A stretch of 61,707 nt of DNA, counting the filler, from Actinomycetota bacterium (GTDB taxonomy: Bacteria; Actinomycetota; Actinomycetes; JAKEEW01), in assembly GCA_046725875.1 (NCBI GenBank). It is 6 parts of 6 records of this genome, joined end to end, with 100 filler letters (N's around TTAATTAATTAA, not from the genome) between each part and the next. Parts side by side here need not be neighbours in the genome. Positions count along the whole stretch, not along the records: positions 39,614 to 46,877 come from JBKOZJ010000155.1; positions 46,978 to 53,883 come from JBKOZJ010000158.1; 4 more parts are not named here. One strand, 5' to 3'. The number at the start of each line of letters is the position of its first letter. The first letter of the stretch is position 1. The position numbers and the translations under genes are program-made. Of the stretch, positions 40,650-50,874 are shown in pieces. The notes beneath the pieces are model-generated. The model had not been told where the DNA came from, made no database searches, and saw only the letters and a list, made by a program, of their open reading frames with translations.

Positions 40650-40943
40650 ATGAGCAGGACCCTGGTGGCGTGCCTGGACGGCACCCGCAACGAGCCGGAG
40701 ACCGGCGCGACGAACGTGGCGCGGGTTTACGACATCGCGGTGAAGAACGCGGCGACCGCAACGAATGCCGCGCCATGGCAATTTCGGGACCTGGTCTCCA
40801 GCGGCGTAGTTGCAATGGTCTCGGTCGCCTCGCGGGGAGCTGCGGGGGTTAAACCACCTGGGAGAGGTGATCGTGACCGACTCACCCTTCTCCGGGAACC
40901 AACTATCGCCGGCAGCGTTCCGGTGGACGAGAGGAGCGGATGA
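40650..40943 (+). pseudogene. DUF2235 (Tle1-like alpha/beta lipase) remnant with internal deletion
   Basis: N-terminal MSRTLVACLDGTRNEPETGATNVARVY matches the DUF2235 start (DGT.N...TNV). Only 97 aa; its stop overlaps the patatin ATG. Confidence 0.7.
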
Positions 40944-43402
40944 TGGCGCGTGGCGATGGGGAGGCCCATTCTCGAGAGCTTCGGTTCGCCGTCGTTTGCT
41001 ACGGCGGCGTCTCGTTGGCCGTTTACATGCACGGAATCACCAAGGAGCTGCACAAGCTCGTGCGGGCATCGCGCAAATTCGACGAATCGTGGTCAACAAG
41101 GGCGGGAGACAATCCGTTCCAGAACGGGAGCGGAGCCGACTCCGAGTACGCCTATTTTGAGCAGTTGCGTGACCTGGCCGAGAGCGGAACGCCGATCTCG
41201 GTCACCGTGGATGTCATCGCCGGCACGTCTGCCGGCGGCATCAATGGTGTCTGCCTGGCGAAGGTGCTAAGCCACAACGGCCAGCAGGAGAGCCTGAAGT
41301 CGTTGTGGATCGACGAGGGTGACCTGAAACAACTCGTCGAGGCTCCGAGGGTGGGGGGCTGGCGGACCCGGGCTTTGCTGCGCGGCGTGCGTATTGCCAT
41401 GAGTCCGAGAGCTCCTCGGTTCCCGCTGCGCGGGGAGCGCATGTCCCGGCTGCTCTTCGACGCGATCAGTGGGATGGAAGGCTCCGCCCGCGAGTCTCTT
41501 GTGCCCCCGGCCGGCAGCCTCGACTTGTTCGTCACTACCACCGACCTACACGGCTTCGACGTCCTGGTACCGACCGGAGCCGGCGGCATGACACAGCGCG
41601 ACGCCGACCATGCCCAGGCGCTGCAGTTTCGGTATGAGAAAGGGGTCGCCGACGATTTCACGGTGGACGACACAGGATCGCTCGCGTTCGCCGCCCGCGC
41701 TACCTCGTGTTTCCCCGGGGCGTTCCCGCCGGTCAGCCTTGCCAGCTTCGAGGCCGAGCTCCGTTCCGACGGACGGCCGCGTGAACTGTATGCCGACCGG
41801 CTGGCGCCGCGGTTCCGGCGGGCCTACTCCGAGTCCGGTAACTCACTCGCCCAGGCGTGGTTTATCGACGGCGGTGTATTGGATAACGCACCCTATGACC
41901 TGGTTGTCGACGCTATCGCCGGCAAGCGGGCCGAGACCGAGGTGATTCGACGGCTGGTCTACATTCAGCCTGATCCGGGACAGCCGCTTGAGATCGTTCC
42001 CCAAAAGGCGAACAAACCCACCGGGACGGAAGCGCCGGGGTGGCTCCCCTCAGTATGGACCACATTGACCTCGGTGAAGGGAAGCCACCCCGTCTTGCGT
42101 GACCTGCTCCGGCTCCGCGACCTCAACCTGCGTATCCAGGAGGTCGGCGCGATAGCAGCAGCACAAATGGATCAGGTGCTGGCGATCCTGGACTCCCCTG
42201 ACCCGGTCGCGGCGGCAGCTGGGGACACCCCAGCGAGGACACAGGACGGCCAAACATCATGGGATGAGCTGACGTTCGACGCAGTGGGCGGCCTCGCTAC
42301 CGTCCTTCATCTTGCGGCCACTAGGCTGATCGGCGCCTCGTATCCCACCTATTGCCGGCTCAAGCTGGAGGCAGCCGGCCGCGCCCTCGCCGATGAGATA
42401 GCACGGCAGTTCGCCTACCCGCCGGACTCCAGCCACCGCAGCTTTCTGCGCGCCGTTCTCAGCGCATGGGGACAGCGTCACCCGGCGTGGAGAGCGGCCG
42501 ACCTGAAGGCGATCAGCGGGCTGCTCGGCCCGGCTGACATTCCATACCGCACCCGCCGGCTGCTTTTCATCCTGGCCGGCATAAACGGCCTCTACCAACA
42601 CGTGCGCAGCGGCGATGGGACACCGACTGCCGACCACCTTGACGAGCTGAAGAGCAAGGCGTGGGACCTGCTCGAGGCGGTACGCCGTGCGCCGCACGAT
42701 GCGGTTCACCACGTCGATCCCGAGCTACCGTCGTTCCTCGGCGCGGCGCAGCTCGGCAGCAGGGCCGTGTTCACCAATCCACGCGACTTCGCCGCGGAGT
42801 ACGAGACCGAGCTGACTGCGCTCTTCTCCGCCTACAGCGAGGAGCTAGGCCAAGTCCTTACTGACAGCAGCAAACCGATGTGGCAGGAGTTCAAGCGCAT
42901 CACCCACGACTGGGCCCCCCGGTACCGACGGAGCCTGCTGTCGCGATACGTCGGCTTCCCCCTGTGGGACGCATTGATCTTCCCCACCATCGCGCTGTCC
43001 CACCTGCCCCAATTCACTCCGATCCGTGTGAGCCAGTTCAGTCCGGTCGCCGCCAGTGCGCTCAGCGCTCCGGACGGAGCAAAACTCAAAGGAACCAGCT
43101 GGCACCACTTCGGCGGCTTCATGGACCCAGAGTGGCGCGAAAACGACTACCTGTGGGGACGCCTCGACGGCGCCGAGCTCATCCTTAGAATGCTGCGCGC
43201 AAGCGTTGATGAGACGGTGCCGGACGCGACCACCGCTGGCCGGCTCAGTCCGGAGGAAGCCGCGCAAGCAGCCGGGCCCCACCTCCAGCAGGCACTGTCT
43301 CGGATCCTCGAGGCGGAAGCCAACCTCCGCCGCGTGGCAACCCTGCGTGGCGGCCTAGACACACAGATCAAGGCGATGGGAGCACGTACTTCTCGCGTCT
43401 GA
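40940..43402 (+). CDS. Patatin-like protein (TIGR03607/DUF3376 type)
   Basis: ELRFAVVCYGGVSLAVYMHG, nucleophile GTSAG, DGGVLDN, HFGGF...RENDYLWGRLDGAE. Confidence 0.92.
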   Translation: MMARGDGEAHSRELRFAVVCYGGVSLAVYMHGITKELHKLVRASRKFDESWSTRAGDNPFQNGSGADSEYAYFEQLRDLAESGTPISVTVDVIAGTSAGGINGVCLAKVLSHNGQQESLKSLWIDEGDLKQLVEAPRVGGWRTRALLRGVRIAMSPRAPRFPLRGERMSRLLFDAISGMEGSARESLVPPAGSLDLFVTTTDLHGFDVLVPTGAGGMTQRDADHAQALQFRYEKGVADDFTVDDTGSLAFAARATSCFPGAFPPVSLASFEAELRSDGRPRELYADRLAPRFRRAYSESGNSLAQAWFIDGGVLDNAPYDLVVDAIAGKRAETEVIRRLVYIQPDPGQPLEIVPQKANKPTGTEAPGWLPSVWTTLTSVKGSHPVLRDLLRLRDLNLRIQEVGAIAAAQMDQVLAILDSPDPVAAAAGDTPARTQDGQTSWDELTFDAVGGLATVLHLAATRLIGASYPTYCRLKLEAAGRALADEIARQFAYPPDSSHRSFLRAVLSAWGQRHPAWRAADLKAISGLLGPADIPYRTRRLLFILAGINGLYQHVRSGDGTPTADHLDELKSKAWDLLEAVRRAPHDAVHHVDPELPSFLGAAQLGSRAVFTNPRDFAAEYETELTALFSAYSEELGQVLTDSSKPMWQEFKRITHDWAPRYRRSLLSRYVGFPLWDALIFPTIALSHLPQFTPIRVSQFSPVAASALSAPDGAKLKGTSWHHFGGFMDPEWRENDYLWGRLDGAELILRMLRASVDETVPDATTAGRLSPEEAAQAAGPHLQQALSRILEAEANLRRVATLRGGLDTQIKAMGARTSRV

Positions 43403-43683
43403 CCTGTCCGCATAACGATTATAGATCGGGGCGAATGAGGTACCGATGGGCAAGATTCGTGCGGGCGCGGCTCATCCGATCGGCTCGTGTGCCTGTTGCA
43501 GCTCGCTCCGCATGTGCCGGCTTGGCCGACACCGGCCGCGTTTGGGCAAAGGTTGGCGGACAAAGACGGCCTGTTCCGGCTCGCGGGGGTCTCCGCGAGG
43601 TCTGGACCGGGACCACGCGAGTCGTGACGCTTGCGGTGCGGCGTCTCAGGCTCCTCGGCCCGGCCACGTCTCGGCGCCAGGGG

Positions 43684-45243
43684 GTGGTCAAGGTGTGGGC
43701 GATTAAAGGGCGCCTGGTGCCGATGGCGTCGGACCCGGCGGTGGCCGCTGATGACGTGGCGGTGTTCACCGGCCGAGTGTGGATCGGTGATGACGGGTTC
43801 ATCAAGGCGGTCACCCGGGGCAGCAGAGCCGGGCCGCCGGAATTCCAGGACGCGCCCGTGGTTGACGTCGGGACGTCGCTGGTCCTGCCGGGCCTGGTCG
43901 ACCTGCACAACCACCTCGCCTACAACACGCTGCCATTGTGGAGCGAGCCTGCGCAGACCGAGCCGTTCCGCCACCACGACTCGTGGACCCGGGCACCGAC
44001 CTACTCTGCGTCGACGACCTGGCCGGCGTACGCGTTGATCACCGCCTGTCCTCAGGAGCTGTTGGCGTACGTGGAGGCCAAGGCGATGGTCGGTGGCACG
44101 ACGACGATCCAGGGATCGCCGCCGAAGAGCAAACCGCGCGACGGGTGGCTGGTCCGCAACCTCGAGGACGAGACCTTCGGCACCGGCGACCGCAACCTGG
44201 TCTACGCGTCCACGCTCACGCTGAAGCCGCCGGTGCTCGCCGACCGTGCGAACCGGATGCGCCACGGCGCCGCGTTCATCTACCACTGCGCTGAGGGCCA
44301 GCGGGACAGCGTCGTCGCGCAGGAGTACCTCGACGCCGACCACGCCGGCTGCCTTGCGTCGCGGTTCATCGGGGTGCATGTCAACGCGATCAACCCGGCG
44401 TTGCTGGCTGACTGGACCGAGCCGGGCGCGATCGCCTGGTCTCCGTTCTCGAACCTGTGGCTGTACGGAACGGGCCAGACCACGGACATCCCGGCGGTCA
44501 GAGCCCGCGGCATCACCGTGTGCCTCGGCTCGGACTGGGCACCGTCGGGCACCAAGCATGTGCTCGGCGAGGTGAAGGCGGCCCGTCTGGTTGCCGACGA
44601 ACGCGGCTGGACGTTGCCGGACGAGGACCTGGTCCGGATGGTCACGTGCGGGCCGGGTGACGTGCTCGCCCGGTCCTGGGGGCGGCAGGTCGGTCGGCTG
44701 CAGCCGGGCGCGATCGCCGACCTGCTGGTGATCTCCGCGAAGACCCGCACGAAACCATTCCCGCGGATCGTGGCCGCCACCGAGCGGGACGTGGAGCTGG
44801 TCATCATCGACGGCCGCGCCCGCTACGGCACCCCAGAGCTGATGGGCGCCGCCGGCGCCGAGCCGGTTACTCCCCTCCAGGTTGCCGGTCGGGACATGCG
44901 GCTATCCCTGATCCGGCCGGACGACCCGGCCGCCGGGTGGGCGTGGCAGGACGTCCTCGACCGGATCGAGGAGGTCCGGGCCGACCCGGCGGAGGCCCTC
45001 CGGGAGGCGCAACGCGGCTACGCCGCGTTCGCCGGCCGCCTCGACTCGCCGGAGGCGCCGCTGCGGCTGGCGCTGGACATGCCGACCGGGCTCGCCCCGG
45101 TCGGTGGCCTGCCGAAAGATCTCGGCATGGTCCGGGTGCCACCGTTGCAGTCCCTGATCCACGACCAGGACTGGCTGACCGACGTGGTCGGACACGGCTT
45201 CCACGGCGGCGTCTTGGACGGTCTCGCCACCTACTACCGCTGA
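43684..45243 (+). CDS. Metal-dependent amidohydrolase (MTA/SAH-deaminase-like motifs)
   Basis: LPGLVDLHNH, YHCAEG, GVH, SPFSN, LGSDW, GAIADLLV. GTG start inferred. Confidence 0.88.
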   Translation: MVKVWAIKGRLVPMASDPAVAADDVAVFTGRVWIGDDGFIKAVTRGSRAGPPEFQDAPVVDVGTSLVLPGLVDLHNHLAYNTLPLWSEPAQTEPFRHHDSWTRAPTYSASTTWPAYALITACPQELLAYVEAKAMVGGTTTIQGSPPKSKPRDGWLVRNLEDETFGTGDRNLVYASTLTLKPPVLADRANRMRHGAAFIYHCAEGQRDSVVAQEYLDADHAGCLASRFIGVHVNAINPALLADWTEPGAIAWSPFSNLWLYGTGQTTDIPAVRARGITVCLGSDWAPSGTKHVLGEVKAARLVADERGWTLPDEDLVRMVTCGPGDVLARSWGRQVGRLQPGAIADLLVISAKTRTKPFPRIVAATERDVELVIIDGRARYGTPELMGAAGAEPVTPLQVAGRDMRLSLIRPDDPAAGWAWQDVLDRIEEVRADPAEALREAQRGYAAFAGRLDSPEAPLRLALDMPTGLAPVGGLPKDLGMVRVPPLQSLIHDQDWLTDVVGHGFHGGVLDGLATYYR

Positions 45244-45258
45244 CCGAAGGGAGTAGCG

Positions 45259-46877
45259 ATGGCCAGCCGCACCAGGACGCGCACGCGCGGGCCCGGCCGC
45301 CGACAGGCTCCGGTCAAGCTCGCAGACGCCCAACGCGGCGACCTCCTGACCGACGTTCTGGCCCAGGTCGGGACGGCACCGGCCGTGCCGCCGCCCCCGA
45401 CCCTCGCCGCCAGCCTGCGCACCGCTCCAGCTGACCAAACCACCGCAGCGAAGCGAACCGCAGCAGCTGACCGAACCGCCGGCCGAACACGTGCCACCGG
45501 CGCCGTCGCAGCGGTCAGCGCACTGCTGGACGGCGGGCAGCGGCAGCAGATCCTGGACACGCTGATTCTGGTCCTCGGCGGCGCCTACGCCCACCTGCCG
45601 GCCAAGCGGGCCGCGTACGCGGTCAACCCGGTGCAGGAACTCACACTGCTGCGGCAGCGTGCCAGCGACCTGACCGATGCCGACTTCCACCTCGCCGTCA
45701 CCGGCATCGTCAACGGGCTACGCGACGCCCACACGCGCTACATCGGTCCGTCCCCGCTGCGCGGCCGGGTCGCGGCATTGCCGTTCCTCGTCGAGCAGTA
45801 CGGCCGCTACGACGACCCGACGTTTCTTGCCACCAAGACCGCGCCGGCTCTGGTCGCTGATGTCGACGGTGCCGGCTCGTTCAAGCCCGGCGTCACGGTG
45901 GCGTCGTGGAACGGGATCCCGATCGCCCGCGCCGTCGACATCTACGCCGACCGGGAAACCGGCGGACGCCCGGACGCGCGCCGGGCCCGCGCCCTGGAAT
46001 CGCTCACCTTCCGTGCCCTGGACTACGGCCCGCCGCCCGACGAGCAGTGGGTCATCGTCGGCTACCACACCGGCGGCACGGTGCGGGAGGTGCGGCTGCC
46101 CTGGCGGGTGGTGCAGCCGGGCAAGGCCGAGACCGCCGCCACGCCCGAGTCCCGGGGTGCACTCAAGCAGGCCGTGGACCCCACCGGCGAGGCGGTGCGA
46201 CGGGCCAAGAAGATGCTGTTCTCCGCCGACCTGTGGGCCGCCGAGACCACCAACCCGGTGACGCCCCCGCGCGAGGCCCGCCCCTCGGCGCCAGGGCAGT
46301 GGCTGGCCACCACGTTTCAGGACACGCTGGCCGCGCGACCCCTCGACGACCACCTCGGGTACCTGCGTGTCTGGTCCTTCGACGTCGACGACGACACCGC
46401 GTTCCTCACCGAGGTCGCTCGCCTGCTGCAGCAGCTACCCCAGGACGGGCTGGTGGTCGACCTGCGCAGCAACCCCGGCGGGCTCATCTGGGCCGCCGAA
46501 CGCATGTTGCAGCTGTTCACCGACCGGGATCACCGTCCCCCGATCGTGCCCACCCGGTTTTCCCTCGTTGCCTCCCCGTTGACCCGCGACATGGCCGCCA
46601 GCCCGTTCAACCGGCTCGAACTCGAGGCATGGAGCTCGTCACTGGACGACTCCGTCTCCACCGGCGAGCAATATGCACAGCCATTGCCGCTCACCGACCC
46701 CGACTGGTGCAACGACCTGCCCCGGGCCTACCTCGGCCCCGCGGTTGCCGTCGTCGACGCGAACACCTACTCCTCCGGCGACCTGTTCGCGGCAGGCTGG
46801 GTCGACAACCAGATCGGGCCGCTGGTCGTGGTCGGGCAAGCCACCGGCGCCGGCGGCGCCAACGTGTGGACCGGCGA
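45259..46877 (+). CDS. S41-family peptidase, 3'-partial, no evident signal peptide
   Basis: LRDAHTRY, GYLRVWSF, LVVDLRSNPGG, TYSSGDLF, GQATGAGG. Starts 15 nt after the amidohydrolase stop. Confidence 0.87.
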
Positions 46878-46977
46878 NNNNNNNNNNNNNNNNNNNNNNN
46901 NNNNNNNNNNNNNNNNNNNNNTTAATTAATTAANNNNNNNNNNNNNNNNNNNNNNNNNNNNNNNNNNNNNNNNNNNN
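46878..46977. other. Artificial contig linker
   Basis: N-TTAATTAATTAA-N, 100 nt. Confidence 0.98.
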
Positions 46978-47117
46978 CGCCAGCACGATCACATCCGGCG
47001 GGAACCGGAAGCCCGCGAACGCTGAGCGTGAAGGAACCGGTAGGACTGTTCGCCGAGTCAGCCGCATGCGGCCGGATCTTGCCTAAGCGACGCCTCCGTC
47101 GTCAATGCAACAGACCC
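46978..47117 (-). mobile_element. IS6-family element, 5' part: terminal IR and transposase start
   Basis: IR GGGTCTGTTGCATTG (47117-47103, minus). ATG at 47067 gives MRLTRRTVLPVPSRSAFAGFRFPPDVIVLA. Confidence 0.9.
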
Positions 47118-47378
47118 CCGCGGAAGTGCCGGCGCCTGGTCAGGTGGCAGCAGTCGAACGTCAATCAGTCCGGTGCTCTCATTATGCCCGGCCTACATTG
47201 TCAAGCCTGCCTCTGGCAGTCAGCCTTGGCTGGGACTCGGCAAGTGTCCAGGAATGAGATTTGAACCTGCGGCGTGTATGACTGGTGTGCGTTAGACAGT
47301 GGTCTGTCGGCTGGTGTCGGCGGCCTGGCGGGTGTTGAGGATCGCTCAGTGACCGGGCGCGTGCTGGTTGACCCTCGC

Positions 47379-48341
47379 TCATTCGGGTGCGCTCGTGGCG
47401 AGCCGAGCGATGCACCGGAATCCGATGTGGGTGGTGGAGGTGTCCACCGTCTCGCCCTGGCGGGCCGCGGGCCGGTAGCGCAGGCAGTAGTTCGGCGCGC
47501 ACAGGTGCGAGCCGCCCTTGATTACCCGGCGGGGGATCGCCTCGGCCAGGGCCGGCTCGCCGACCAGGGGGTTGCGGGGTACACAGCACGGCCGCTCGCC
47601 CGCCTCGGGATGCCGGCGGGTGAAGTAGTGGCTGGTCCACTCCCAGACATTGCCGGCCATGTCCAGCAGCCCGTAGCCGTTGGCCGGGAACGCCCCCACC
47701 GGCGATGTGCCGGCATAGCGGTCCAGCAGCAGGTTCTGCCAGGGGAACTCGCCCTGCCAGGTGTTGGCCAGCTGCCGGCCCCGTGGGGCGAACTCGTCTC
47801 CCCAGCAAAACACCTTGCCCTCCAGCCCACCTCGAGCCGCATACTCCCATTCGGCTTCGCTGGGCAGCGTCTTGCCGGCCCAGGCGGCGTACGCCTGCAC
47901 ATCGGCGTAGGCGACTTGGACAACCGGGTGGCGGTCGCGGCCGTGCAGGGTCGAGCCAGGCCCCTCCGGGTGCCGCCAGCAGGCACCGGGCACCCAGGAC
48001 CACCAGTTGCGCCAGTCGCGCAGGTCGACCGGACCGCTGGTGGGGCGGAAGACCAGCGAGCCGGGAACCAGCAGCTCAGGATCGGCGCCGGGGTAATCGG
48101 TCGGATCCGGTGGTTGCTCGGCCACGGTGACATGGCCGGTGGCCTTGACGAAGCGGCGGAACTCGGCGTTGGTCACCAGGTGGGTGTCCATCCAGAAGCC
48201 GTCCACGTGGACGCGGTGGATCGGCCGTTCCTCCGGATAGAAGTCGTCGGAGCCCATCAGGTAGTCACCCGTCGGCACCCAGACCATGTCCTTGGCCGGT
48301 GGTGCCCCGGGCGGACGCTGGCGGTCAGCGGCCATCGCCAC
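47379..48341 (-). CDS. Formylglycine-generating enzyme (sulfatase-modifying factor)
   Basis: YPEERP, WRHPEGP, LPSEAEWEYAARGG, DMAGNVWEW, KGGSHLCAPNYCLRYRPAAR. Confidence 0.95.
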   Translation of the reverse strand: MAMAADRQRPPGAPPAKDMVWVPTGDYLMGSDDFYPEERPIHRVHVDGFWMDTHLVTNAEFRRFVKATGHVTVAEQPPDPTDYPGADPELLVPGSLVFRPTSGPVDLRDWRNWWSWVPGACWRHPEGPGSTLHGRDRHPVVQVAYADVQAYAAWAGKTLPSEAEWEYAARGGLEGKVFCWGDEFAPRGRQLANTWQGEFPWQNLLLDRYAGTSPVGAFPANGYGLLDMAGNVWEWTSHYFTRRHPEAGERPCCVPRNPLVGEPALAEAIPRRVIKGGSHLCAPNYCLRYRPAARQGETVDTSTTHIGFRCIARLATSAPE

Positions 48342-48350
48342 CGTCCAAAG

Positions 48351-50714
48351 CTACTGCCGTGCCATCGCGATCTTGAGTCGTTCCTCGGGGGTGATGAGGT
48401 GGTCGTGGTCGTCGACGTCCAGGTCGATCTGGACCCACCGGACCCGGCCGGTGAAAACGCTGGTCTTGGGACGGTAGTCGTCGCTGACCGGGGTGGAGGT
48501 GTCGCCCCCCACATCGGTGGTCTCGTCGGCCGAGAACACCATCGGTTCGGTGGCATCGACACGGCCTTCGCCGACCTTGGCGCCGTCGACGTACAGGGTG
48601 ACAGCGCCACCCTTGCCGAGCCCGCCGCCGTCGTAGGCGAACTCGGCGCGGACTTGATGCTCGCCGGCCGGGATCGGCTGCTCGCCGTAGATCTTGAAGC
48701 GCTGCAGGCCGAACAGGTTGTAGCAGTAAGCGGGTCGGCCTCCGCCGGTGGCGTACAGGCTCCAGCCGCCGAAGGCGCCACCCTGGGAGACGATCACCCC
48801 GTCGGCGCCGCCGTCGGGGACGACGACCTGGGCGGTGATCACATGGGACTTGTTCTTGATGACGACCACTGAGTTCTCGCTGAGCCGTCCCATACCGCCG
48901 AACAGCAGCTGGCTGCGGCCGTGAATGAGCTGCGGCCGGCCGGCCAGCTCGGGATTGAACCGCTCGACCCGGCGGTCGTCCAGCGGGAAGACGTTGTACT
49001 TGCTGGCCTCCAGCAGGAAAAGCCGCTGCAGCTCACGAAGCTTCTGTGGGTTGTCGTTGGCGATGTCGTGCGCTTGGGTCCAGTCGTCGGGGCCGTACAG
49101 CTCCCAGACATCGTCGTCGAACGCGGGCAGCTCGGCCGTGGCCACCCAAGGCGTGCTGTGGCGGGTGACGGCGGTCCAGCCCTGGTGGTAGATGCCGCGG
49201 TTGCAGAACATCTCGAAGTACTGGGTCTCGCGCCGCTCGGCAGCGTCGGCGTCGTCGAAGCTGTAGACCATGCTCGTGCCGTGCAAGGGCATCTGCTGCA
49301 CACCGTTGACCATGGTCGGGTGCGGCAGGCCAGCCACCTCCAGCACCGTCGTGGCGATGTCGATGACGTGGTGGAACTGGGAGCGGACCTCACCGCTGGC
49401 CTGAATGCCCCGGGGCCAGTGGACGATGGTGCCGTTGCGGGTGCCGCCCCAGTGCGAGGCGACCTGCTTGGTCCACTGATACGGGGCGTCCATGGCGTGC
49501 GCCCAGCCAACCGCGTAGTGGTTGTAGGCCTCCGGGGTGCCGAACCTGTCGAACCGGGCGGCCATGAACTCAGCGGTCTCCAACGCCGACACGCCGTTCA
49601 ACATGAGCAGCTCGTTGAAGGTGCCATTGATGGTGCCTTCGGCCGAGGCGCCGTTGTCGCCGATGATGTAGTAGATCAGCGTGTCGTCCAGGATCCCGAG
49701 GTCGGCCAGGGCGTCGATCAGCCGGCCCACGTGGTGGTCGGTGTGCTCCAGGAAGCCGGCGTAGACCTCCATCTGGCGGGCCAGCACCGGCTTCAGCGGC
49801 TCCGGCATGTCCTCCCACGCAGGGATCTCGGCCGGCCGGGCGGTCAGCTCGGCGTCCGCAGGGACCACCCCAAGCTCCTTTTGCCGGGCGAGCGTCCGTT
49901 CGCGGAGCCGGTCCCAGCCATCGTCGAAGCGGCCCTTGTAGCGGTCCGACCATTCCGCAGGGACATGGTGGGGAGCGTGGGTGGCCCCGGGGGCGAAGTA
50001 GACGAAGAACGGCTTGTCGGCCATCAACGCCTTCTGCTGGCGGATCCAGCCGATCGCCCGGTCAGTCATGTCCTCGGTGAAGTGGTAGCCCTCCTCCGGG
50101 GTGCGGTCGGGCTCCACCGGCACGGTGTCCTGGTAGATCGCCGGGGCGTACTGGTTGGTCTCCCCACCGATGAAGCCGTAGAAGTGCTCGAAGCCGCTCC
50201 CGGTTGGCCAGGCGTCGAAAGGGCCCATCGGGCTGGTCTGCCACACCGGGACCTCGTGGCACTTGCCGAACTGGGCGGTCGAATAGCCGTTGAGCTTGAG
50301 GATCTCGGCCAGCGGGGCTGCGGTGTTGGGCCGGATCGAGTTGTAGCCGGGGGCGGAGGTGGCGATCTCGGTGATCCCGCCCATGCCCACCGCATGGTGG
50401 TTACGGCCGGTCAACAGAGCCTGTCGGGTGGGCGAGCACAGCGCGGTGGTGTGGAAGCGGTTGTATTTCAGCCCGCCGGCGGCCAGGCGGTCGGCGGTCG
50501 GCGTGCTGACCGGCCCGCCGAAGGTGCTGGCGGCGCCAAAGCCCACATCGTCCAGCAGGACGACCAGGACGTTAGGTGCTCCGGCCGGTGGCCGCAACGG
50601 GGTAATCGGCGGGAACCTGGTCGCGGGGTCCTTGGCGTCGTAGGTGACCGACCCCAGTTGCCCCCGATCCGGGATCGGCAGTGTCTCGCGTCCAACCACA
50701 TCGTTCCGGCCCAT
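48351..50714 (-). CDS. Arylsulfatase (Cys-type, AtsD-like)
   Basis: LLDDVGFG, signature LCSPTRQALLTGR, FGKCH, ATHAPHH, GDNGAS. Confidence 0.95.
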   Translation of the reverse strand: MGRNDVVGRETLPIPDRGQLGSVTYDAKDPATRFPPITPLRPPAGAPNVLVVLLDDVGFGAASTFGGPVSTPTADRLAAGGLKYNRFHTTALCSPTRQALLTGRNHHAVGMGGITEIATSAPGYNSIRPNTAAPLAEILKLNGYSTAQFGKCHEVPVWQTSPMGPFDAWPTGSGFEHFYGFIGGETNQYAPAIYQDTVPVEPDRTPEEGYHFTEDMTDRAIGWIRQQKALMADKPFFVYFAPGATHAPHHVPAEWSDRYKGRFDDGWDRLRERTLARQKELGVVPADAELTARPAEIPAWEDMPEPLKPVLARQMEVYAGFLEHTDHHVGRLIDALADLGILDDTLIYYIIGDNGASAEGTINGTFNELLMLNGVSALETAEFMAARFDRFGTPEAYNHYAVGWAHAMDAPYQWTKQVASHWGGTRNGTIVHWPRGIQASGEVRSQFHHVIDIATTVLEVAGLPHPTMVNGVQQMPLHGTSMVYSFDDADAAERRETQYFEMFCNRGIYHQGWTAVTRHSTPWVATAELPAFDDDVWELYGPDDWTQAHDIANDNPQKLRELQRLFLLEASKYNVFPLDDRRVERFNPELAGRPQLIHGRSQLLFGGMGRLSENSVVVIKNKSHVITAQVVVPDGGADGVIVSQGGAFGGWSLYATGGGRPAYCYNLFGLQRFKIYGEQPIPAGEHQVRAEFAYDGGGLGKGGAVTLYVDGAKVGEGRVDATEPMVFSADETTDVGGDTSTPVSDDYRPKTSVFTGRVRWVQIDLDVDDHDHLITPEERLKIAMARQ

Positions 50715-50786
50715 CCGGCTCCCCCTCCGTCAGGCTCGCCGCTTAACCCGCTAAACATTCATGCCACTAGGCCGGGTGAGCCATCT

Positions 50787-50803
50787 TCACCCCCAACGGA
50801 TGA
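50787..50803. promoter_or_regulatory. Palindrome TCACCC-N5-GGATGA (candidate regulon site B)
   Basis: About 73 nt upstream of the arylsulfatase start; extra half-site GGGTGA at 50774-50779. Confidence 0.55.
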
Positions 50804-50874
50804 TTCCAGCCCCGGCCGCACACCGGCAGCAGCCGGCTGGAATTCCCCTCTGCGGGCTTGACCAGGTACCGATC

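Noticed and set aside
39214..47117. Treating the membrane cluster, patatin cluster and sulfatase unit as one contiguous island
   Set aside because: They lie on separate contigs joined by artificial linkers, so their order is not evidence.
48921..50861. Long antisense ORFs (646 aa here; also 47274-48872, 43147-44559 and 60265-61263)
   Set aside because: Shadow ORFs expected in high-GC DNA opposite well-supported genes.
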